A stretch of 64,000 nt of DNA from Balanoglossus misakiensis (Eukaryota > Animalia > Hemichordata), in NCBI GenBank assembly GCA_040954595.2, contig CM082590.2, positions 1,550,001 to 1,614,000 of the forward strand, read 5' to 3'. The notes beneath the pieces are model-generated. The model was not told the origin of the DNA. It searched no databases and saw only the letters and a list, made by a program, of their open reading frames with translations. Within the stretch, counting starts at the first letter, position 1. Every line of letters starts with the position of its first letter. Below, one piece after another: positions 9,701 to 23,782 of this stretch. The translations under genes were made by a program, and so were the position numbers.

Positions 9701-12700
9701 CTTTCTTTATTCTTCTGTCATTTCTTTGTCGCTCTAGATCTCAGACACCACTGCAGGTACAGTTCTCAAACTTGCTACAGTGGTCAAGGTCAATAAGTAG
9801 TCGTGCATTGAACCCATGAATTTTTAATTAGTCACATGACCTGGCGGCCATCTTGGATTTTCTGAAAAAATGCAAATCTCAGATCTCAGAAACTACAAGT
9901 CAGATCGACTTCAAATTTGGCGTGTAGGTAGACTACCTTCTGTCAAACATTTTTGTAATTGGAAATTATGCTGTCAATGTTGCAGTTTTTTTGCTACAAT
10001 TTTTTTTCTGAAATCTGGCCTAAATTTCAAAAATCTTCTTCTCCAGAACCGGTGATAACCGAGACACGGGGTTTGGGGTATGTGGTCACCTAACTGATGT
10101 CTATCAAGTTTGCGAAGATCATTGTGATTGGTCGAAGATTATGGCGGCCATATTGGATTTTCGAAAAACCCTAGTAAAATTTCAAAAATCTTCTTCTCGA
10201 GAACCGGCGATAACCGAGTCACAAGATTTGGTGTGTGTGGTCATTCAACAGATGTCTATCAAGTTTGCGAAGAGGAATGTGATTGGTCGAAGATTATGGC
10301 GGCCATATTGGATTTTGTGAAAAACGATTAAAAAGTAAAAATTCCCTTTCTAGCCTAAAAATTGATAGCACAGAAATTCTTTTTATGGATATGAATCATC
10401 ATATAACAAGAATAAGCTATAAATATTTTGGTAATTTTGGCAATGACCTTTGACCTACTTTTGACGCATCAATTTTCTGCATATCTAATTCCAGGCTAAC
10501 CAATAGGGCTATAAGTTTGGTTTTTGATGTATGTGGATTTGTATGTGATCAAAAAATTTTGCTACTTTTCATGACCCCTTTGACCTCTGCTGACCTCATT
10601 AAATATGCACATACCTAATTACAGATGAACCAATAGACCTAGAGGTTTTGTTTTTGTTATACATGGACCAGTATGGGGTCAAAATATTTTGCCCAAATGT
10701 TGGGTGACCTCGGGTGACCTTTGACCTACTTTTGCATATCTCGACATCCACAGCAGATACAGCCTTGGCGTTTGGAGGTATGGGGCCATAATGAAAAGCA
10801 AAAGTTTTGGGTCACCTGTGACACCTGCTTAACTCATTAAATATGTGCATACCTAATTCCAGGCTAACCAAAAGGGCTAGAGGTCTGGTTTTTGTTGGAC
10901 ATGGACCACTATGGGTCAAAATTTTCTGCCCAAATTTTGGATGATCTCAGATGACGTTTGACCTACTTTTGCATATCTCGGCATCCAAAGCAGGTACAAC
11001 CTTGGCGTTTGGAGGTATGGGGCCATAATGAAAAGCCAAAGTTTTGGGGTCACCTGTGACACCTGCTTTACGCATTATTTATGTGCATACCTAATTCCGG
11101 GTTAACCAAAATGGCTAGAGGTCTGGTTTTTGTTGGACATGGACCACTATGGGTCAAAATATTCTGCCCAAATTGTGGGTGACCCCCGGGTGACCTTTGA
11201 CCTACTTAACACTATATCAGCACCAAACATAGATATAACCTTGATATTTCATGGGATAAAACACAGCATTATGTTTCTACTCATTAATTATGTGCATATC
11301 TAATAATCAGATCAGATAATAGAGCTTGGGCCCGGACAATGCTGCTTGCAGCTTTAATCTTTCTTTCTTTCTTTATTCTTCTGTCAATTCTTTGTCGCTC
11401 TAGATCTCAGACACCGCTGCAGGTACACTTCTGAAACTTGCTACAGTGGTCAAGGTCAATGAGTAGTCGTGCATTGAACCCTTGAATTTTTAATTAGTCA
11501 CGTGACCTGGCGGCCATATTGGATTTTCTGAAAAAATGCAAATCTCAGATCTCAGAAACTACAAGTCAGATCTACTTCAAATTTGGTGTGCTGGTAGTCT
11601 ACCTTCTACCCATCATTTTTGTAATTGGATATTTTGCTGTAAATGTTGCAGTTTTTTTGCTACAATTTTGTTTCTGAAATCTGGCTTAAATTTCAAAAAT
11701 CTTCTTCTCCAGAACCGGTGATAACCGAGTCACGCGGTTTGGGGTATGTGGTCACCTAACTGATGTCTATCAAGTTTGCGAAGATCATTGTGATTGGTCG
11801 AAGATTATGGCGGCCATATTGGATTTTCGAAAAACCATAGTAAAACTTCAAAAATCTTCTTCTCAAGAACGGGCAATAACCGAGTCACAAGATTTGGTGT
11901 GTGTGGTCATTAAACAGATGTCTATCAAGTTTGCGAAGGGGAATGTGATTGGTCGAAGATTATGGCGGCCATATTGGATTTTGTGAAAAACGATTAAAAA
12001 GTAAAAATTCCTTTTCTAGCCTAAAAATTGATAGCACAGAAATACTTTTTATAGATATGAATCATCATATGACAAGAATAAGCTATAAATATTTTGGTAA
12101 TTTTGGCAATGACCTTTGACCTACTTTTGACGAATCATTTTTCTGCATATCTAATTCCAGGCTAACCAATAGGGCTATAAGTTTGTTTTTTGATGTATGT
12201 GGATTTGTATGTGATCAAAAAATTTTGCTACTTTTCATGACCCCTTTGACCTCTGGTGACCTCATTAAATATGCGCTTACCTAATTAATGATGAACCAAT
12301 AGACCTAGAGGTTTTGTTTTTGTTATACATAGACCAGTATGGGGTCAAAATATTTTGCCCAAATGTTGGGTGACCTCGGGTGACCTTTGACCTACTTTTG
12401 CATATCTCGACATCCACAGCAGATACAGCCTTGGTGTTTGGAGGTATGGGGCCATAATGAAAAGCCAAAGTTTTGGGTCACCTGTGACACCTGCTTAACT
12501 CATTATTTATGTGCATACCTAATTCCGGGCTAACCAAAAGGGCTAGAGGTCTGGTTTTTGTTGGACATGGACGACTATGGGTCAAAATTTTCTGCCAAAA
12601 TTATGGGTGACCTCTGGGTGACCTTTGACCTACTTAACACTATATCAACACCAAACATAGATATAACCTTGATATTTCATGGAATAAAACACAGCATTAT

Positions 12701-15700
12701 GTTTCTACTCATTAATTATATGCATATCTAATAATCAGATCAGATAATAGAGCTTGGGCCCGGACAATGCTGCTTGCAGCTTTAATTCTTTCTTTCTTTC
12801 TTTCTTTCTTTATTCTTGTGTCAATTCTTTGACCCACGAGATCACAGACACCGCTGCAGGTACACTTCTGAAACTTGCTACAGTAGTCAAGGTCAATGAG
12901 TAGTCGTGCATTGAACCCTTGAATTTTTAATTAGTCACGTGACCTGGCGGCCATCTTGGATTTTCTGAAAAAATGCAAATCTCAGATCTCAGAAACTACA
13001 AGTCAGATCGACTTCAAATTTGGCGTGCAGGTAGATTTCATTCTGCCCATCATTTTTGTAAATAGAAATTATGCTGTCAATGTTGCAGTTTTTTTGCTAC
13101 AATTTTTTTTCTGAAATCTGGCTTAAATTTCAAAAATCTTCTTCTCCAGAACCAGTGATAACCGAGACACAGGGTTTGGTGTATGTGGTCACCTAACTGA
13201 TGTCTATCAAGTTTGCGAAGATCATTGTGATTGGTCGAAGATTTTGGCGGCCATATTGGATTTTCGAAAAACCCTAGTAAAATTTCAAAAATCTTCTTCT
13301 CAAGAACCGGCGATAACCGAGTCACAAGATTTGGTGTGTGTGATCATTAAACAGATGTCTATCAAGTTTGCAAAGAGCATTGTGATTGGTCGAAGATTAT
13401 GGCGGCCATATTGGATTTTGTGAAAAACGATTAAAAAGTATAAATTCCCTTTCTAGCCTAAAAATTGATAGCACAGAAATTCTTTTTATGGATATGAATC
13501 ATCATATGACTACAATGTGCTATAAATATTTTGGTAATTTTGGCAATGACCTTTGACCTACTTTTGATGCATCATTTTTTTGCATATCTAATTCCAGGCT
13601 AACCAATATGGCTAGACATTTGGTTTTGATGCATGTGAATTTGTGTGTGATCAAAATATTTTGCTACTTTTCATGACCCCATTGACCCTGCTGACCTCAT
13701 TAATTATGTGCATAGCTAATTACAGGCGAACCAATAGACCTAGAGGTTTTGTTTTTGTAGGACAGGACAAGTATGGGGTCAAAATTTTTTACCCAAATTT
13801 TGGGTGACCTCTGGTAACCTTTGACCTACTTTCACAAATCTCAGCATCCACAGCAGATACAGCCTTGGCGTTTGGAGGTATGGGGCCATAATGAAAAGCC
13901 ACAGTTTTTGGTCACCTGTGACACCTGCTTAACTCATTATTTATGTGCATACCTAATTTCGGGCTAACCAAAAGGGGTAGAGGTCTGTTTTTTGTTGGAC
14001 ATGGACCACTATGGGTCAAAATTTTCTGCCCAAATTGTGGGTGACCTCTGGGTGACCTTTGACCTACTTAACACTATATCAGCACCAAACATAGATATAA
14101 CCTTGATATTTCATGGGATAAAATACAGCATTATATTTCTACTCATTAATTACGTGCATATCTAATAATCAGATCAGTTAATAGAGCTTGGGCCCGGACA
14201 ATGCTGCTTGCAGCTTTAATTAGGGCCCAAGCGCAAGCCAGCGCTTGGGCCCTATTGGTTTCGTTGGGGTTTTTAGGGCCCAAGCGCATACCAGCGCTTG
14301 GGCCCTATTGGTTTCGTTGGGGTTTTTTAGGGCCCAAGCGCATACCAGCGCTTGGGCCCTATTGGTTTCGTTGGGGTTTTTAGGGCCCAAGCGCAAGCCA
14401 GCGCTTGGGCCCTATTGGTTTCGTTGGGGTTTTTCTGTCTTTCCTTCTTTCTTTCTTTCTTCTTTCTTTATTCTTCTGTCAATTCTTTGTCGCTCTAGAT
14501 CTCAGACACCACTGCAGGTACAGTTCTCAAACTTGCTACAGTGGTCAAGGTCAATGAGTAGTCGTGCATTGAACCCATGAATTTTTAATTAGTCACATGA
14601 CCTGGCGGCCATCTTGGATTTTCTGAAAAAATGCAAATCTCAGATCTCAGAAACTACAAGTCAGATTGACTTCAAATTTGGCGTGCAGGTAGACCACCTT
14701 CTGTCAAACATTTTTGTAATTGGAAATTATGCTGTCAATGTTTCAGTTTTTTTGCTACAATTTTTTTTCTGAAATCTGGCTTAAATTTCAAAAATCTTCT
14801 TCTCCAGAACCGGTGATAACCGAGACACGGGGTTTGGGGTATGTGGTCACCTAACTGATGTCTATCAAGTTTGCGAAGATCATTGTGATTGGTCGAAGAT
14901 TATGGCGGCCATATTGGATTTTCGAAAAACCCTAGTAAAATTTCAAAAATCTTGTTCTCGAGAACCGTCGATAACCGAATCACAAGATTTCGTGTGTGTG
15001 GTCATTCAACAGATGTCTATCAAGTTTGCCAAGAGGAATGTGATTGGTCGAAGATTATGGCGGCCATATTGGATTTTATGAAAAACGATTAAAAAGTAAA
15101 AATTCCCTTTCTAGCCTGAAAATTTATAGCACAGAAATTCTTTTAATGGATATGAATCATCATATAACAAGAATAAGCTATAAATATTTTGGTAATTTTG
15201 GCAATGACCTTTGACCTACTTTTGACGCATCAATTTTCTGCATATTTAATTCCAGGCTAACCAATAGGGCTATAAGTTTGGTTTTTGATGTATGTGGATT
15301 TGTATGTGATCAAAAAATTTTGCTACTTTTCATGACCCCTTTGACCTCTGCTGACCTCATTAAATATGCGCATACCTAATTACAGATGAACCAATAGACC
15401 TAGAGGTTTGGTCTTTTTTGGACATTGATCAGTATGGGGTCAAAATAATTTGCCCAAATTTTGGGTGACCTCAGGTGACCTTTTACCTACTTTCGCATTT
15501 CTCGGTATCCAAAGCAGATACAGCCTTGGCGTTTTGAGGTATGGGGCCATAATGAAAAGCCAAATTTTTGGGTCACCAGTGACACCTGCTGACCTCATTA
15601 AATATGCACATACCTAATTACACGCAAACCAATAGAGCTAGAGTTTTGGTTTTTGTTGGACATGGACCACTATGGGTCAAAATTTTCTGCCCAAATTGTG

Positions 15701-17421
15701 GGTGACCTCTGGGTGACGTTTGACCTGCTTAACACTATATCAACACCAAACATAGATATAACCTTGATATTTCATGGGGTAAAACACATCATTATGTTTC
15801 TACTCATTAATTATGTGCATATCTAATAATCAGATCACATAATAGAGCTTGGGCCCGGACAATGCTGCTTGCAGCTTTAATTACGGGCCCAAGCCAAGCC
15901 AGGCTTGGGCCCGTATTGGTTTCGTTGGGGTTTTTAGGGCCCAAGCGCATACCAGCGCTTGGGCCCTATTGGTTTCGTTGGGGTTTTTCAGTCTTTCTTT
16001 CTTTCCTTCTTTATTCTTGGTTCCATTTTTCGGCCACCTAAATCTCAAAAACTGCAGCACCAACCAGGCTGAAACTTGGTAGGCAGATAGGGGCCAATGA
16101 GTAGATGTGCAGTGGCTCGTGAATATTTAATTAGTCACGTGACCTGGCGGCCATATTGGATTTTCTGAAAAAATGCAAATCTCAGATCTCAGAAACTACA
16201 AGTCAGATTGACCCTAAATTTGGTGTGCAGCTAGTATACCTTATGCCCGTCATTTTTGTAATTGGATATTATGCTGTCAATGTTGCAGTTTTTTTGCTAC
16301 AGTTGTTTTTCTGAAATCTGGTCAAAATTTCAAAAATCTTCTTCTCCAGAACCGGCGATAACCGAGTCACGCCATTTGGGGTATGTGGTCACCTAACTGA
16401 TGTCTATCAAGTTTGCGAAGATCATTGTGATTGGTCAAAGATTATGGCGGCCATATTGGATTTTCGAAAAACCATAGTAAAACTTCAAAAATCTTCTTCT
16501 CCAGAACTGGCGATAACCGAGTCACAAGATTTCGTGTGTGTGGTCATTAAACAGATGTCTATCAAGTTTGCGAAGAGGAATGTGATTGGTCGAAGATTAT
16601 GGCGGCCATATTGGATTTTATGAAAATCGATTAAAAAGTAAAAATTCCCTTTCTAGCCTAAACATTGATAGCACAGAAATTCTTTTTATGGATATGAATC
16701 ATCATATGACAAGAATTAGCCATAAATATTTTGGTAATTTTGGCAATGACCTTTGACCTACTTTTGACGCATCATTTTTCTGCATATCTAATTCCAGGCT
16801 AACCAATAGGGCTATAAGTTTGGTTTTTGATGTATGTGGATTTGTATGTGATCAAAAAATTTTGCTACTTTTCATGACCCCTTTGACCTCTGCTGACCTC
16901 ATTAAATATGCACATTCCTAATTAATGATGAACCATAAACCTAGAGGTTTTGTTTTTGTTATACATGGACCAGTATGGGGTCAAAATATTTTGCCCAAAT
17001 GTTGGGTGACCTCGGGTGACCTTTGACCTACTTTTGCATATCTCGACATCCACAGCAGATACAGCCTTGGCGTTTGGAGGTATGGGGCCATAATGAAAAG
17101 CCAAAGTTTTGGGTCACCTGTGACACCTGCTTAACTCATTATTTATGTGCATATCTAATTACGGGCTAACCAAAAGGGCTAGAGGTCTGGTTTTTGTTGG
17201 ACATGGACCACTATGGGTCAAAATTTTCTGCCCAAATTTTGGGTGACCTTAGATGACCTTTGACCTACTTAACACTATATCAGCACCAAACATAGATATA
17301 ACCTTGATATTTCATGGGATAAAACACAGCATTATGTTTCTACTCATTAATTATGTGCATATCTAATAATCTGATCAGATAATAGAGCTTGGGCCCGGAC
17401 AATGCTGCTTGCAGCTTTAAT

Positions 17422-17453
<32 letters not shown>

Positions 17454-20400
17454 TATTCATTTCTTTCGCGCGCTAGATCTCAGACACCGCTGCAGGTACA
17501 GTTCTCAAACTTGCTACAGTGGTCAAGGTCAATGAGTAGATGTGCAGTGACTTGTGAATACTTAATTAGTCACGTGACATGGCGGCCATATTGGATTTTC
17601 TGAAAAAATGCAAATCTCAGATCTCAGAAACTACAAGTCAGATCGACTTCAGATTTGGTGTGCTGGTAGTATACCCTCTGCCCATCATTTTTGTAATTGG
17701 ATATTTTGCTGTCAATGTTGCAGTTTTTTTGCTACAGTTGTTTTTCTGAAATCTGGTCAAAATTTCAAAAATCTTCTTCTCCAGAACCGGCAATAACCGA
17801 GTCACGCCGTTTGGGGTATGTGGTCACCTAACTGATGTCTATCAAGTTTGCGAAGATCATTGTGATTGGTCGAAGATTATGGCGGCCATATTGGATTTTC
17901 GAAAAACCATAGTAAAACTTCAAAAATCTTCTTCTCCAGAACGGGCGATGACTGAGTCACAAGATTTGGTGTGTGTGGTCATTAAACAGATGTCTATCAA
18001 GTTTGCGAAGGGGAATGTGATTGGTCGAAGATTATGGCGGCCATATTGGATTTTGTGAAAAACGATTAAAAAGTAAAAATTCCTTTTCTAGCCTAAACAT
18101 TGATAGCACAGAAATTCTTTTTATGGATATGAATCATCATATGACAAGAATAAGCTATAAATATTTTGGTAATTTTGGCAATGACCTTTGACCTACTTTT
18201 GACAAATCATTTTTCTGCATATCTAATTCATGGCTAACCAATGGGGCTATAAGTTTGGTATTTGATGTATGTGGATTTGTATGTGATCAAAAAATTTTGC
18301 TACTTTTCATGACCCTTTGACCTCTGGTGACCTCATTAAATATGCGCATACCTAATTAATGATGAACCAATAGACCTAGAGGTTTTGTTTTTGTTATACA
18401 TGGACCAGTATGGGGTCAAAATATTTTGCCCAAATGTTGGGTGACCTCGGGTGACCTTTGACCTACTTTTGCATATCTTGACATCCACACCAGATACAGC
18501 CTTGGCGTTTGGAGGTATGGGGCCATAATGAAAAGCCAAAGTTTTGAGTCACCTGTGACACCTGCTTTACTCATTATTTATGTGCATACCTAATTCCGGG
18601 CTAACCAAAAGGGCTAGATGTCTGGTTTTTGTTTGACATGGACCACTATGGGTCAAAATTTTCTGCCCAAATTTTGGATGACCTCAGATGACCTTTGACC
18701 TACTTTTGCATATATCGGCATCCAAAGCAGGTACAGCCTTGGCATTTGGAGGTATGGGGCCATAATGAAAAGCCAAAGTTTTGGGTCACCTGTGACACCT
18801 GCTTTATGCATTATTTATGTGCATACCTAATTCCGGGCTAACCAAAAGGGCTAGAGGTCTGGTTTTTGTTGGACATGGACCACTGTTGGTCAAAATTTTC
18901 TACCCAAATTGTGGGTGACCTCTGGGTGACCTTTGACCTACTTAACACTATATCAACAACAAACATAGATATAACCTTGATATTTCATGGGGATAAAACA
19001 CAGCATTATGTTTCAACTCATTAATTATGTGCATATCTAATAATCAGATCAGATAATAGAGCTTGGGCCCGGACAATGCTGCTTGCAGCTTTAATCTGTC
19101 TTTCTTTCTTTCTTTATTCTTCTGTCATTTCTTTGTCGCTCTAGATCTCAGACACCACTGCAGGTACAGTTCTCAAACTTGCTACAGTGGTCAAGGTCAA
19201 TGAGTAGTCATGCATTGAACCCATGAATTTTTAATTAGTCACATGACCTGGCGGCCATCTTGGATTTTCTGAAAAAATGCAAATCTCAGATCTCAGAAAC
19301 TACAAGTCAGATCGACTTCAAATTTGGCGTGCAGGTAGACTACCTTCTGGCAAACATTTTTGTAATTGGAAATTATGCTGTCAATGTTGCAGTTTTTTGG
19401 CTACAGTTGTTTTTCTGAAATCTGGTCAAAATTTCAAAAATCTTCTTCTCCAGAACCGGCGATAACCGAGTCACGCGGTTTGGGGTATGTGGTCACCATA
19501 CTGAGGTCTATCAAGTTTGCGAAGATCATTGTGATTGATGGAAGATTTTGGCGGCCATATTGGATTTTCGAAAAACCCTAGTAAAATTTCAAAAATCTTC
19601 TTCTCAAGAACCGGCGATAACTGAGTCACAAGATTTGGTGTGTCTGGTCATTAAACAGATGTCTATCAAGTTTGCGAAGGTGAATGTGATTGGTCGAAGA
19701 TTATGGCGGCCATAATGGATTTTGTGAAAAACGATTAAAAAGGAAAAATTCCCTTTCTAGCCTAAAAATTGATAGCACAGAAATTCTTTTTATGGATATG
19801 AATCATCATATGCCAAGAATAAGCTATAAATATTTTGGTAATTTTGGCAATGACCTTTGACCTACTTTTGACGCATCATTTTTCTGCATATCTAATTCCA
19901 GGCTAACCAATAGGGCTATAAGTTTGTTTTTTGATGTATGTGGATTTGTATGCGATCAAAAAATTTCGCTACTTTTCATGACCCCTTTGACCTCTGCTGA
20001 CCTCATTAAATATGCGCATACCTAATTACAGATGAACCAATAGACCTAGAGGTTTTGTTTTTGTTGGACATGAACCAGTATTGGGTCAAATTTTTTTGCC
20101 CAAATGTTGGGTGACCTCGGATGACCTTTGACCTACTTTTGCATATCTCGACATCCACAGCAGATACAGCCTTGGCGTTTGGAGGTATGGGGCCATAATG
20201 AAAAGCCAAAGTTTTGGGTCACCTGTGACACCTGCTTAACTCATTATTTATGTGCATACCTAATTCCGGGCTAACCAAAAGGGATAGAGGTCTGGTTTTT
20301 GTTGGACATGGACCACTATGGGTCAAAATTTTCTGCCCAAATTGTGGGTGACCTCTGGGTGACCTTTGACCTACTTAACACTATATCAACACCAAACATA

Positions 20401-23400
20401 GATATAACCTTGATATTTCATGGGATAAAACACAGCATTATGTTTCTACTCATGAATTATGTGCATATCTAATAATCAGATCAGTTAATAGAGCTTGGGC
20501 CCGGACAATGCTGCTTGCAGCTTTAATTCTTTCTTCTTTAGGGCCCAAGCGCATACCAGCGCTTGGGCCCTATTGGTTTCGTTGGGGTTTTTCTTTCTTT
20601 CTTTATTCTTCTGTCATTTCTTTGTCGTTCTAGATCTCAGACACTACTGCAGGTACAGTTCTCAAAGTTGCTACAGTGGTCAAGGTCAATGAGTAGTCGT
20701 GCATTGAACCCATGAATTTTTAATTAGTCACATGACCTGACGGCCATCTTGGATTTTCTGAAAAAATGCAAATCTCAGATCTCAGAAACTACAAGTCAGA
20801 TCCACTTCAAATTTGGCGTGCAGGTAGACTACCTTCTGTCAAACATTTTTGTAATTGGAAATTATGCTGTCAATGTTGCAGTTTTTTTGCTACAATTTTT
20901 TTTCTGAAATCTGGCTTAAATTTCAAAAATCTTCTTCTCCAGAACTGGTGATAACCGAGACACGGGGTTTGGGGTATGTGGTCACCTAACTCATGTCTAT
21001 CAAGTTTGCGAAGATCATTGTGATTGGTAGAAGATTACGGCGGCCATATTGGATTTTCGAAAAACCCTAGTAAAATTTCAAAAATCTTCTTCTCAAGAAC
21101 CGGCGATAACCGAGTCACAAGATTTGGTGTGTGTGGTCATTAAACGGATGTCTAACAAGTTTGCGAAGGGGAATGTGATTGGTCGAAGATTATGGCGGCC
21201 ATATTTGATTTTGTGAAAAACGATTAAAAAGAAAAAATTCCCTTTCTAGCCTAAAAATTGATAGCACAGAAATTCTTTTTATGGATATGAATCATCATAT
21301 GCCAAGAATAAGCTATAAATATTTTGGTAATTTTGGCAATGACCTTTGACCTACTTTTGACGCATCATTTTTCTGCATATCTAATTCCAGGCTAACCAAT
21401 AGGGCTATAAGTTTGGTTTTTGATGTATGTGGATTTGTATGTGATCAAAAAATGTTGCTACTTTTCATGACCCCTTTGACCTCTGCTGACCTCATTAAAT
21501 ATGTGCATACCTAATTACAGATGAACCAATAGACCTAGAGGTTTGGTTTCTGTTGGACATGGACCAGTATTGGGTCAAAAATTTTTGCCCAAATGTTGGG
21601 TGACCTCGGGTGACCTTTGACCTACTTTTGCATATCTCGACATCCACAGCAGATACAGCCTTGGCGTTTGGAGGTATGGGGCCATAATGAAAGCCAAAGT
21701 GTTGGGTCACCTGTGACACCTGCTTAACTCATTATTTATGTGCATACCTAATTCCGGGCTAACCAAAAGGGCTAGAGGTCTGGTTTTTGTTGGACATGGA
21801 CCACTATGGGGCAAAATTTTTGCCCAAATTTTGGGTGACCTCAGATGACCTTTGACCTACTTAACACTATATCAGCACCAAACATAGATATAACCTTGAT
21901 ATTTCATGGGATAAAACACAGCATTATGTTTCTACTCATTAATTATGTGCATATCTAATAATCAGATCAGTTAATAGAGCTTGGGCCCGGACAATGCTGC
22001 TTGCAGCTTTAATTCTTTCTTCTTTAGGGCCCAAGCGCATACCAGCGCTTGGGCCCTATTGGTTTCGTTGGGGTTTTTCTTTCTTTCTTTATTCTTCTGT
22101 CATTTCTTTGTCGTTCTAGATCTCAGACACTACTGCAGGTACAGTTCTCAAAGTTGCTACAGTGGTCAAGGTCAATGAGTAGTCGTGCATTGAACCCATG
22201 AATTTTTAATTAGTCACATGACCTGACGGCCATCTTGGATTTTCTGAAAAAAATGCAAATCTCAGATCTCAGAAACTACAAGTCAGATCCACTTCAAATT
22301 TGGCGTGCAGGTAGACTACCTTCTGTCAAACATTTTTGTAATTGGAAATTATGCTGTCAATGTTGCAGTTTTTTTGCTACAATTTTTTTTCTGAAATCTG
22401 GCTTAAATTTCAAAAATCTTCTTCTCCAGAACCGGTGATAACCGACACACGGGGTTTGGGGTATGTGGTCACCTAACTGATGTCTATCAAGTTTGCGAAG
22501 ATCATTGTGATTGGTAGAAGATTACGGCGGCCATATTGGATTTTCGAAAAACCCTAGTAAAATTTCAAAAATCTTCTTCTCAAGAACCGGCGAAAACCGA
22601 GTCACAAGATTTGGTGTGTGTGGTCATTAAACGGATGTCTAACAAGTTTGCGAAGGGGAATGTGATTGGTCGAAGATTATGGCGGCCATATTGGATTTTG
22701 TGAAAAACGATTAAAAAGAAAAAATTCCCTTTCTAGCCTAAAAATTGATAGCACAGAAATTCTTTTTATGGATATGAATCATCATATGCCAAGAATAAGC
22801 TATAAATATTTTGGTAATTTTGGCAATGACCTTTGACCTACTTTTGACGCATCATTTTTCTGCATATCTAATTCCAGGCTAACCAATAGGGCTATAAGTT
22901 TGGTTTTTGATGTATGTGGATTTGTATGTGATCAAAAAATGTTGCTACTTTTCATGACCCCTTTGACCTCTGCTGACCTCATTAAATATGTGCATACCTA
23001 ATTACAGATGAACCAATAGACCTAGAGGTTTGGTTTCTGTTGGACATGGACCAGTATTGGGTCAAAAATTTTTGCCCAAATGTTGGGTGACCTCGGGTGA
23101 CCTTTGACCTACTTTTGCATATCTCGACATCCACAGCAGATACAGCCTTTGCGTTTGGAGGTATGGGGCCATAATGAAAGCCAAAGTGTTGGGTCACCTG
23201 TGACACCTGCTTAACTCATTATTTATGTGCATACCTAATTCCGGGCTAACCAAAAGGGCTAGAGGTCTGGTTTTTGTTGGACATGGACCACTATGGGGCA
23301 AAATTTTTGCCCAAATTTTGGGTGACCTCAGATGACCTTTGACCTACTTAACACTATATCAGCACCAAACATAGATATAACCTTGATATTTCATGGGATA

Positions 23401-23782
23401 AAACACAGCATTATGTTTCTACTCATTAATTATGTGCATATCTAATAATCTGATCAGATAATAGAGCTTGGGCCCGGACAATGCTGCTTGCAGCTTTAAT
23501 TACGGGCCCAAGCCAAGCCAGGCTTGGGCCCGTATTGGTTTCGCTGGGGTTTTTCTGTCTTTCTTTCTTTCTTTATTCTTGGTTCCATTCTTTATCGCTC
23601 TAGATCTCAGACACCGCTGCAGGTACAGTTCTCAAACTTGCTACAGTGGTCAAGGTCAATGAGTAGATGTGCAGTGACTTGTGAATGCTTCATTTCGACA
23701 ATTCCCATAATACTTTGCGCTAGTGATTGGTTCCGGTCTGGCGACGCCATGTTTAGTTACCGGGTCACTGTGGTTTACAACA

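Noticed and set aside
14221-14432. CRISPR-like run of palindromic ~53-nt repeats
   Set aside because: There are no unique spacers and no cas genes, and the context is eukaryotic. These are stacked HINE 5' heads.
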